DNA from: Bacteroidales bacterium
Lineage (GTDB): Bacteria; Bacteroidota; Bacteroidia; Bacteroidales; UBA1402
DNA length: 64,000 nucleotides
Assembly (NCBI GenBank): GCA_017380635.1
Contig: JAFODP010000015.1
Coordinates: 6,155 to 70,154 of the forward strand
Direction of reading: 5' to 3'
Shown: in pieces, positions 26,152 to 35,300 of the stretch
Layout of the letters: the number at the start of each line of letters is the position of its first letter
How positions within the stretch are numbered: position 1 is the stretch's first letter
Notes under the pieces: generated by a model
What the model saw: only the letters and a program-made list of their open reading frames with translations
The model's database searches: none
What the model was told of the DNA's origin: nothing
Translations under genes and position numbers: made by a program

Positions 26152-29100
26152 ATGAAACAGAAGAAATTTTTGACCTGTGATGGTAATCAGGCTGCTGCTC
26201 ATATCTCGTATATGTTCAGCGAAGTAGCTGCGATTTACCCCATTACTCCGTCATCAACCATGGCTGAGTATGTGGACGAATGGGCAGCTGCAGGACGAAA
26301 GAACATTTTTGGTGAAACCGTTTATGTTCAAGAAATGCAATCTGAAGCAGGTGCGGCAGGTGCTGTTCACGGTTCTTTGCAAGCCGGTGCACTGACCACT
26401 ACCTATACCGCTTCTCAAGGTTTGCTGCTGATGATCCCTAATATGTACAAAATTGCCGGTGAATTGTTGCCTTGCGTGTTCCATGTTTCTGCACGTACCT
26501 TGGCTTCTCACGCTCTTTGTATTTTCGGTGACCATCAGGACGTTATGTCTTGTCGTCAGACTGGTTTCGCTATGTTGGCAGAAGGTTCGGTTCAGGAAGT
26601 TATGGACTTGGCCGGTGTGGCTCACTTGGCTACCATCAAGAGTCGTGTTCCTTTTGTTAACTTCTTCGACGGTTTCCGTACTTCTCACGAAATCCAGAAG
26701 ATTGAAGCTTTGGAAAACGAAGATTTGGCTCCGCTTATCGATCAGGAAGCTTTGGCTGAATTCCGCGCCCGCGCTTTGAATCCCGATGCTCCCGTGATGC
26801 GTGGTATGGCTGAAAACCCCGACCACTTCTTCCAGCACAGAGAATCTTGCAATCCTTACTACGAAGCAGTTCCCGATATCGTGGCCGACTACATGAAGGA
26901 AATCTCTAAGATTACCGGTCGCGAATACAAGCCTTTCACTTATTATGGTGCTCCCGATGCTGAAAACATCATCATCGCTATGGGTTCTGTTACCGAAGCT
27001 ATCCGCGAAGTGATCGACTATAAGATGGCTCAAGGTGAAAAGGTTGGTTTGATTGCCGTTCATTTGTATCGTCCTTTCTCAGTTAAATATTTGGCTAACG
27101 TATTGCCCGCAAGCGTAAAACGTATTTGCGTGCTCGATCGTACCAAAGAACCCGGTGCAAACGGCGAACCTCTCTACCTCGATGTAGTGGAAGCTTTTGC
27201 TAAGTCTGCTGAATTGGCTGCTTATAAAGATACTTTGATTGTTGGTGGTCGTTATGGTTTGGGTTCTAAGGATACTACTCCTGCTCAGATCTTGGCTGTT
27301 TACGAAAACTTGGCTCTTCCTCAGCCCAAGAATCAGTTCACCATCGGTATCGTGGACGACGTTACATTCACTTCTCTGCCTCAGGGCGAAGAAATCGCTG
27401 TAGGTGGCGAAGGTATGTTCGAAGCTAAGTTCTATGGTTTGGGTGCTGACGGTACCGTTGGTGCTAACAAGAACTCAGTGAAGATCATCGGTGACAATAC
27501 CGACAAACATTGCCAGGCTTACTTCTCGTACGACTCTAAGAAGTCAGGTGGTTTCACTTGCTCACACTTGCGTTTCGGTGATACGCCTATCCGCTCTACC
27601 TATTTGGTAAATACGCCTAACTTCGTGGCTTGTCACGTTCAGGCTTATTTGAATATGTACGATGTTACCCGCGGCCTTCGTCAGAACGGTACTTTCCTTT
27701 TGAACACCATCTGGAATGCCGAAGAATTGGCTAAGAACTTGCCCGCTAAGGTAAAACGTTATTTCGCTCAGAAGAATATTTCTGTTTACTACATCAACGC
27801 TACTCAGATTGCTCAGGAAATTGGTTTGGGCAACCGTACCAACACTATCCTCCAATCTGCTTTCTTCCGTATCACCGGCGTTATTCCTGTAGATTTGGCT
27901 GTTGAACAAATGAAGAAGTTCATCGTTAAGTCTTATGGTAAGAAGGGTCAGGATATCGTTGACAAGAACAATGCTGCTGTTGACCGCGGTGGTGAATATC
28001 AACAACTTACTATCGATCCCGCATGGGCTAACTTGGCTGATGATGCTGTTGTTGCCAACAATGATCCCGCTTTCATCAACGAAGTGGTTCGTCCTATCAA
28101 TGCTCAGGATGGCGACTTGTTGCCCGTTTCTGCATTCAAGGGTCGTGAAGATGGTACTTGGGATGCCGGTACTGCTCAATACGAAAAACGTGGTGTAGGT
28201 GCTTTCGTTCCTGTTTGGGATGCTGCCAACTGTATTCAATGTAACAAGTGTGCTTATGTTTGTCCTCACGCTTGTATCCGTCCTATCGTTATGGACGATG
28301 CCGAAGCTGCCGGCTTGAACGCAGAAATGATCGAAATGAAGGCTCCTGCCGCTATGAAGGGTATGAAGTTCCGTATCCAGGTGGGCGTTCTCGACTGTCT
28401 GGGTTGCGGCAACTGTGTGGATGTTTGTCCCGGTAATCCTAAGGCTGGCGGTAAGGCTCTCAAGATGGTTCATCTCGAAGGTCAATTGGGCGAAGCTGCC
28501 AACTGGGAATATTGCGTAAAGAACGTGAAGAGCAAACAACACTTGGTAGACATCAAGTCTAATCCCAAGAACTCTCAGTTCGCTACTCCTTTGTTTGAAT
28601 TCTCTGGTGCTTGCTCTGGTTGTGGTGAAACACCTTATGTTAAGTTGATCTCTCAATTGTTCGGCGATCGTGAAATCATTGCTAACGCTACGGGTTGTAC
28701 CTCTATCTACTCTGGTTCAGTTCCTTCTACTCCTTATACCACCAACGAAAAGGGTCATGGTCCTGCTTGGGCTAACTCTTTGTTCGAGGACTTCTGCGAA
28801 TACGGTATGGGTATGCAGTTGGCTTACGAAAAGATGGTTGAACGTCTTATCCGTTTGATGACCGAAGCTCAATCTTGCGATTGCTGCAGCGACGAATTGA
28901 AAGCTTTGTTTGCTGAATGGATCGAATTCCACAACGATGCCGACAAGAGCCGCGAATTGGCCGACAAGATTACTCCTATGGTAAATGCTTGCACTTGCAA
29001 GTACTGCAAGGAAATCGCCGGTTTGTCTAAGTTCTTGGTTAAACGTAGTCAGTGGATTATCGGTGGTGACGGTGCTTCTTACGATATCGGTTACGGCGGT

Positions 29101-29709
29101 CTCGACCACGTGATTGCTTCTGGTAAGAATGTGAACATCTTGGTTTTGGATACCGAAGTTTACTCTAACACCGGTGGTCAGGCTTCAAAGGCTACTCCTG
29201 TAGGTGCTATCGCTAAATTTGCTGCTGCCGGTAAGCGCGTTCGTAAGAAAGACCTTGGTCTGATTGCTACCACTTACGGTTATGTATATGCTGCTCAGAT
29301 TGCTATGGGTGCCGACCAGGCTCAAACTTTGAAGGCTATCCGCGAAGCTGAAGCATACGATGGTCCTTCTATCATTATTGCATACGCTCCTTGTATCAAC
29401 CACGGTTTGAAGGCCGGTATGGGTAAGAGCCAGGCTGAAGAAGCTGCTGCTGTAGCATGTGGTTACTGGCACTTGTGGCGTTACAATCCTATGTTGGAAG
29501 CTGAAGGTAAGAACCCCTTCACCTTGGATTCTAAAGAACCTAACTGGGATGAATTCAAGAACTTCCTCAAGGGTGAAGTACGCTATGCATCAGTGATGAA
29601 GCAATATCCTGCCGAAGCTGAAGAATTGTTCCAGGCTGCTGAAGACAACGCTAAATGGCGTTACAAATCTTACAAGCGTATGGCTGGACAAGATTGGAAT
29701 CAAGAATAA
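26152..29709 (+). CDS. nifJ: Pyruvate:ferredoxin (flavodoxin) oxidoreductase
   Basis: 1185 aa single-chain PFOR with two ferredoxin-type 4Fe-4S motifs (CIQCNKCAYVCPH; CLGCGNCVDVCP) and the TPP motif GGDGASYDIGYGGLDH. Codon usage resembles highly expressed genes (GGT/GCT/CGT/TTC). Confidence 0.97.
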   Translation: MKQKKFLTCDGNQAAAHISYMFSEVAAIYPITPSSTMAEYVDEWAAAGRKNIFGETVYVQEMQSEAGAAGAVHGSLQAGALTTTYTASQGLLLMIPNMYKIAGELLPCVFHVSARTLASHALCIFGDHQDVMSCRQTGFAMLAEGSVQEVMDLAGVAHLATIKSRVPFVNFFDGFRTSHEIQKIEALENEDLAPLIDQEALAEFRARALNPDAPVMRGMAENPDHFFQHRESCNPYYEAVPDIVADYMKEISKITGREYKPFTYYGAPDAENIIIAMGSVTEAIREVIDYKMAQGEKVGLIAVHLYRPFSVKYLANVLPASVKRICVLDRTKEPGANGEPLYLDVVEAFAKSAELAAYKDTLIVGGRYGLGSKDTTPAQILAVYENLALPQPKNQFTIGIVDDVTFTSLPQGEEIAVGGEGMFEAKFYGLGADGTVGANKNSVKIIGDNTDKHCQAYFSYDSKKSGGFTCSHLRFGDTPIRSTYLVNTPNFVACHVQAYLNMYDVTRGLRQNGTFLLNTIWNAEELAKNLPAKVKRYFAQKNISVYYINATQIAQEIGLGNRTNTILQSAFFRITGVIPVDLAVEQMKKFIVKSYGKKGQDIVDKNNAAVDRGGEYQQLTIDPAWANLADDAVVANNDPAFINEVVRPINAQDGDLLPVSAFKGREDGTWDAGTAQYEKRGVGAFVPVWDAANCIQCNKCAYVCPHACIRPIVMDDAEAAGLNAEMIEMKAPAAMKGMKFRIQVGVLDCLGCGNCVDVCPGNPKAGGKALKMVHLEGQLGEAANWEYCVKNVKSKQHLVDIKSNPKNSQFATPLFEFSGACSGCGETPYVKLISQLFGDREIIANATGCTSIYSGSVPSTPYTTNEKGHGPAWANSLFEDFCEYGMGMQLAYEKMVERLIRLMTEAQSCDCCSDELKALFAEWIEFHNDADKSRELADKITPMVNACTCKYCKEIAGLSKFLVKRSQWIIGGDGASYDIGYGGLDHVIASGKNVNILVLDTEVYSNTGGQASKATPVGAIAKFAAAGKRVRKKDLGLIATTYGYVYAAQIAMGADQAQTLKAIREAEAYDGPSIIIAYAPCINHGLKAGMGKSQAEEAAAVACGYWHLWRYNPMLEAEGKNPFTLDSKEPNWDEFKNFLKGEVRYASVMKQYPAEAEELFQAAEDNAKWRYKSYKRMAGQDWNQE

Positions 29710-29731
29710 TTGATTGCTGTATAATGGATGG

Positions 29732-29768
29732 GAGGGCGAGCCGCAAGCGGCTCGCCCTCTTCCTTTTC
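29732..29768 (+). terminator. Intrinsic terminator after nifJ
   Basis: 13-nt arms GAGGGCGAGCCGC / GCGGCTCGCCCTC followed by a T-rich tail. Confidence 0.7.
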
Positions 29769-29847
29769 CCGCGAATGCCGACAAAGCCTTCTTCCTTGTT
29801 TGAATCTTCCCGAAAAGGCTTTATCTTCGCGCCCAAATAAGACTGTT

Positions 29848-31224
29848 ATGAAGAAATGTTATGTGATGATAAGCTTGCTCATGGCATGTTTGCTGGCCCA
29901 AGCGGCTACTTGGAATAGTGCGGTAACGGGTACAGCTCTTTCGTGTAAGGTAAACGAGGCGGCTCGCCCGCTTAAGGATGCGAACGGAAAATATATGACC
30001 ATCGTATATTTGGAGAATCTGGCTTGCGAAAAGATAGGGCAGAATCCTTTGTCGGAAGATGTGCAATATCTGCTCGATCAGGGTTATCGCGTTATCGAAG
30101 TGGATTATGCCGGACATCCCAAGGCAATTTCTCCCGATATCAATATGGATATCATCCGTATCAACGATGCGCTGAATGCCGGAAGTTTTGCCGGTGCAAG
30201 CAATATTTCCAATTATCGTTCTTATGTGCTTTTCGAAGGTTATCGACTGATGCGCGATGTGGCTTATTATAAGGATGATCCATCGGTGTACAATTGGCCC
30301 GGTGGCTATACGGATGGCGATTCTTTGTATATGGATATTGCTTATCCGGCCAATCCTTCCAGAGCAATCCCGACGATTATTTCTTTTTCCTACAGCAATA
30401 GTTGGCATGGCAATGAACACAAACGATTGTTTTTGGGATATACTTTCGCTATGTTCGACGATAGTTTCCTGCAGGCGGCTCCGGCAGTGGGAATGGCTTG
30501 GGCGATAGCCGATCATCCGAAATATTGCGACTGGGGGCAAGGTAAACCGCAAGGTGGCGCCAACAAGGATTTGGGCTCTTTTGAGTTGAATCCTGATGCG
30601 GCTCGCAAAGTGAAATCGGCCATTCGTACCCTGCGTGCCAAAGCAAAGGAAGTTGGCATGTCTGGCAAAATCGGTATTTATGGATTTTCGCGTGGCTCGA
30701 CGGCGGCGGCTTTGTCGGTAGGAGAGAAATATGTGGCCGATTTTGAAGAGGCTGGTTTGCATCAAGATATCTCTAGCGAGGTACAAGTGGCGGCTTTGGG
30801 ACCGGGTGTTTTTGATTATACTTTGGTGTACGATGATAACACCAAAGGTGATGAATCTTTGGAATCGCGCTGTGCCAAGTTGTGGGGCGCTTTGACGGAA
30901 AACAGGGCGGCTTGGGAATACAACGGAGCGGTGCAATGGGTCGGTAAAAATGCTGCGCCGGTGCTGTTTTTCTACAACACGAGCGATGAACAATATTACC
31001 AACATCAAAGTAAATCTTTCCAGGCTTTATTGACAGAAAAGGGCGTGGATTACGAACTATTGGTAGATTATGGACAAGGTCATTCTGTGCCGAAAGACAC
31101 AGCTTCGCTGACGAAAATGTATCGCTTTTTTGGCAAATATCTTCAGCCGTCGTCGGAAAAGCCTTCTGGTCTTAAATCTCTGAAAGCGAAGGGAAAACGT
31201 CGCCCTTTTGCGCGCAGGTGTTGA
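29848..31224 (+). CDS. Secreted alpha/beta-hydrolase (esterase), truncated relative to its sorting domain
   Basis: I set the start at MKKCYVMISLLMACLLAQA, which gives a signal peptide. A nucleophile elbow GFSRGS (GxSxG) is present. The frame ends at 31224 just before a T9SS CTD that is encoded in another frame. Confidence 0.75.
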   Translation: MKKCYVMISLLMACLLAQAATWNSAVTGTALSCKVNEAARPLKDANGKYMTIVYLENLACEKIGQNPLSEDVQYLLDQGYRVIEVDYAGHPKAISPDINMDIIRINDALNAGSFAGASNISNYRSYVLFEGYRLMRDVAYYKDDPSVYNWPGGYTDGDSLYMDIAYPANPSRAIPTIISFSYSNSWHGNEHKRLFLGYTFAMFDDSFLQAAPAVGMAWAIADHPKYCDWGQGKPQGGANKDLGSFELNPDAARKVKSAIRTLRAKAKEVGMSGKIGIYGFSRGSTAAALSVGEKYVADFEEAGLHQDISSEVQVAALGPGVFDYTLVYDDNTKGDESLESRCAKLWGALTENRAAWEYNGAVQWVGKNAAPVLFFYNTSDEQYYQHQSKSFQALLTEKGVDYELLVDYGQGHSVPKDTASLTKMYRFFGKYLQPSSEKPSGLKSLKAKGKRRPFARRC

Positions 31225-31460
31225 CTGTGACGACTTCGGACATCACCTGTGTGCTTGATGCGACAAAGTCGATGACGCTGCAGTGTTCGCTCTACGATAT
31301 GGCGGGCCGATGTGTGTATCAATCTTCGCAACATTTTTCTCCCGGCGAGCAGGAATTTTGCATGTCTTTGCCTTTACAACTGACGAAAAATGCTTGTTAT
31401 CTGCTGTACTTTTCCGAGTCGGGAAAAGCAGGGCAGACAATCTATGTTTCGCCTCGTTGA
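31176..31460 (+). pseudogene. T9SS type-A C-terminal sorting domain, out of frame with the upstream esterase
   Basis: This frame reads ...VLTVTTSDITCVLDATKSMTLQCSLYDMAGRCVYQSSQHFSPGEQEFCMSLPLQLTKNACYLLYFSESGKAGQTIYVSPR. It follows the CTD pattern (L.LYD..GR.V......G......L..L....Y.L.......). The frame is open from 31176 and overlaps the esterase 3' end. Confidence 0.6.
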
Positions 31461-31466
31461 GTTTGC

Positions 31467-32111
31467 TTATTTGCAGTAAAGTGTGCCGAAGAATTCCGGA
31501 CGATGAAAGTCGGGTTTTTCGGTGTTGATGGGCTGCCAGGAAAGGTAGTGTGGCTTGGAAAGACCATCTCCGCATTTGTAAAAATTGGCACGGATGTGGC
31601 GGCCGTCCAGACTGTCGATCTGATGCTTGAAAAAACAACTGAAAGGAATGAGCAGTGCTAGCTCCCAAGGCGCGTCGTGCGGTCGCTCGCCTAGCGGCTC
31701 GCGACCCAAACTACTCCATCTCAACACCTTGTCTCTCACTTTTTTATCGCCTCTTTCCCTGTCGTGGCGCGACTGTCCGCAACCAATGAGCATGTTTCCG
31801 ATGCAATTGGCTTCGATGTTGTAATAATAGCCATCTTCGGCAGGCGAAATAAAACATTCCACGCAACTGTCGGTCCAAATGGGGCCGTTGTCTTCGGCGA
31901 GAGCCATAATGCATTCTTCTTCAACGCGATAATGCAAAAGTAAAGCCTCATCGGTGTACGCTATGCGAAACGCAACTTTGGGTCGATAAGAAAACTTTTC
32001 GGGCCAATTGCATTGTGCAATCTGATGCCATGGACAATCGGCTTGGTTCAGCGCTGGAGGAATTTCGTCGGCAGTCTGCAGTCTAAAGTTGATTTTTTGA
32101 AGATCTTGCAT
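31467..32111 (-). CDS. Carbohydrate-binding family 9-like (DOMON-like) protein
   Basis: 214 aa. The combination ...WTDSCVECFISP...YYNIE.NC...ANFYKCGD...HYLSW.PI....PDFHRPEFFG.L is characteristic of CBM9-like proteins. Confidence 0.7.
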   Translation of the reverse strand: MQDLQKINFRLQTADEIPPALNQADCPWHQIAQCNWPEKFSYRPKVAFRIAYTDEALLLHYRVEEECIMALAEDNGPIWTDSCVECFISPAEDGYYYNIEANCIGNMLIGCGQSRHDRERGDKKVRDKVLRWSSLGREPLGERPHDAPWELALLIPFSCFFKHQIDSLDGRHIRANFYKCGDGLSKPHYLSWQPINTEKPDFHRPEFFGTLYCK

Positions 32112-32367
32112 GATGGAATGTTTTTTGTTTCGCGAAGATAGGACTTTCTTTTGTATTGGAATTATTTTCTTGAAATAAGTGATGGGCTATTTTGATTTGC
32201 GCTGTCGTTTTTATAAAAAAGTGTTTTGTTAAAAGTGCTTTGCCGGCTTGTTTTTCTGCGCTAAAAAGACTAAACTTGTGAGATTTTTGTGAAACGCTCG
32301 AAATGGGTGTTTTGTCGGAATTTTATAGACAACTAAATATTTTTAACTAACTAAAAAACAAACTATT

Positions 32368-35300
32368 ATGAAAAAAATTACTTCATTTTGTTTGGCGGTG
32401 GTTGCAATGATGCTTTTGGCTAGTCCGCAAGCCAAGGCTATCATCACCGATCCGGATGACTACATTATTTGGGATTCAGGTGCTTTTGCAGATTCCTCTA
32501 AACATGCCGCATTCGTGAAACCCGATTTCATGATTTGGTCGAAGGGTATTGAATTCAAGACCGACTTGAAGGTGGGCCGTACGATGGAAGAACAATACTT
32601 GGAGGACTTCGGTTTTAAGCCGGGTACCAAGGTTGAAGATGTAAAAGGCAAGCCTATGGCAGCCCTTCACGTTCCTCAACGCAAGAATGAAGAAGGTGGT
32701 GAAAGATTCTCTTTGGATTATGCTGGTTATCTTGGTCTGAAAGGCGAAGAAAAGATGCTTCCTTGGACCTACTCGAAAACCAATAATACCTTCTATCGTC
32801 CTTCGGACTCTATCGTTATCACCGTTCCTAAAACCTGCGACTCTATCTACATCCAAGGTTTGGGATCTGATACTTACTATTCTTTGATGGTGTACGAAGT
32901 GGGTGTCAGCGAATTTATTCAGTGTAACAAGGGCGTTTTCCATGGTTTGGGTGGTATCGTAAGAACCAATGTTCACCACATTGGTGGTAACTGGGGTGCC
33001 GTTCGTAGTATAGGTTTCAAACCTCAACATGTGGGTCCTGGCGATTCTACCACTATCGTTATTTTGGGTGCTTGCAAAGACTACTATGCAGACAATACCA
33101 AGAACAATTTGGCGCATTTCTGCAAGGATGGTAGCGCTGTAAAAAATAAACAAGTTTATACCGGCGACAAAGTTACCGACGCTGATGGTACTGTAAGAGA
33201 TCGTTACGTGGCTTGTGAACGTTGGGGACTTTGGGAAGGTACCACCATCAACCGTATCAAGATTTACGGTAAGATTGAAAAGGGCGAAGTGCCTGTATTC
33301 GATGGTACTCACTCTGCTTTCACTTTCTCATATCAGACCAGACCTTCGGGCACCGTTGAACTTACCAAGCCTTTGAAGCAAGAAAATGGTTGGAATGGTA
33401 CGGGCTTCGTTAGATATGCTTCCGACCTGGGTGTAGTAAGATCGGTTTTGTCTGCTTCTTCTTACATTTATTTGGGTTACGACAAGGACTTCGGTTCTTA
33501 TGCTACCAAATTGAACGTGGTAAATGCTACCCACGATACTACCAACTACGAAAGAACTGCCCAGCATAGCAACTTCTTCCATGTGGCTGTTCCTACCACC
33601 GGATTCCAGGATATGACTTTGGATTTCGATTACGCTGTTCGTGGTGCCGACCTGCCCGTTATCGTAGCTGCTTACATCAATGGTGATACTGCTTGTACGG
33701 TTTTGGATACTTTGGCCAACTCGCTTAATCCTGCTAAAGAATTGGCTCATGCTTCTATTGCCATTCCTAACGAATTTGCCAACCAAAAGAACCTTATCGT
33801 TCGTTTCGTATTGGGTAAAGGTGCTTTGTCTGGTACCACCGAATTCGACTTGGCTAACCTCACTTTCAAGGGTTACAACGACTATTATACCAGCGTTGAC
33901 GGTGCTGCCAAGGTGGCTTATCTGACTCCCGCCGAAGATCGTATTCACGTGATGAAACTTTCTCAAGGTGCCGACTCTTCTGATGTTATCTTGCCTTATC
34001 TTTTGCAAGATGAAAACTTCAATACCAGCATTATTTCTAAGGACGTTTGGTCTGCTTGGTCGAGCGAAGAAGCTATCACCGCTGCTTTGGCCGATTACGA
34101 TGTAGTGGTTGCCAGTCCTTACATGACCGAAGAAGACTTGACTTTCACCAACATATTGGTTGGCAAGAAGCCTTTCTTGCACTTCAATGCTCAAACTTTC
34201 TTGTCTTGGAATGCTAACGCTACTTTGAACGAAGCTACTACCGATACCGCAATGGTTTATGCCGAAGAATTCTACTATCACCCTGTATTCGGTTCAGTAG
34301 ATTTGGACGAAGAAAAATTGGAAATTCCTTCATTCTTCTCGGCTTTGTCAAGCGGTGTTAAGGTAAATGCTGCCGACAATCAATATGTATTGGCTTCGTT
34401 GAATGAAACGGGTGCTGCTGTTATCTTCGAAGATTATAGCGTTCCTGCTGCCAAGTATGTATTCATGGATATGTCTGCCGACAATTCTACCTCTATCAAC
34501 AGCAAGGGTAAACAAGTGATTGCCAACTTGATCAACTATTTGAAGAAGGGTGGTAACTTTGCTAAGCCTACTTTCGAATTAATTTCTACCGGTGCTATCG
34601 TTGAAAACTATGCTCAGTTGAAAGATGCTGCCAACTACGACTATGGTGTATTGAACCTGACCACTCCCGTTATCAAGATGAAGACCTCTACCGATGCTAA
34701 CGCTGTTTACCAAATTGGTGAAGGTTTCAGCTTCGGTGGCAACAATATCACTTTCGCTCCCAATAGCAGCAGCGACGATGTTGTGATTGTTGGTGCTTTG
34801 ACGGATGCCGATAAATTGAATGCCAGCAGTCTTACTTTCAAGAATATCACTTTTGTTCCTGCTGATGCAACGGCTGTGATTACTTTGAAGGAAAACGATA
34901 AGATTGCTAACGAATTGAAGTTCGAAAACTGTACTTTCAACAACTTGAAAGAAGGTTTCATCGCTTTGACCGGTGTTAACAACGCCATGAAGGCTATCAC
35001 TTTGAACAACAACTTGTTCAATGGTGTAGACGTGGCTTCTTTGATTAAGGTGGCTGCCGATACGGCTTCATTGCACACCGTAAATGTTAACGAAAACCGT
35101 TTCTACGATTACAAGGCTGCGGCTCTCTTGGAATGGAACACTACTGTAACCAAGGAAATCGATGACGACGATGCCGATGGCGACGAACTTCTGGCTATCA
35201 ATATCAACCATAATACTTTCAGAAATGCTACTCCTAGCGAAGACAGCCACAAGCTGATTGCTATGGAAACTGTACAAGTATTCGATACCGCTTCTGTAGT

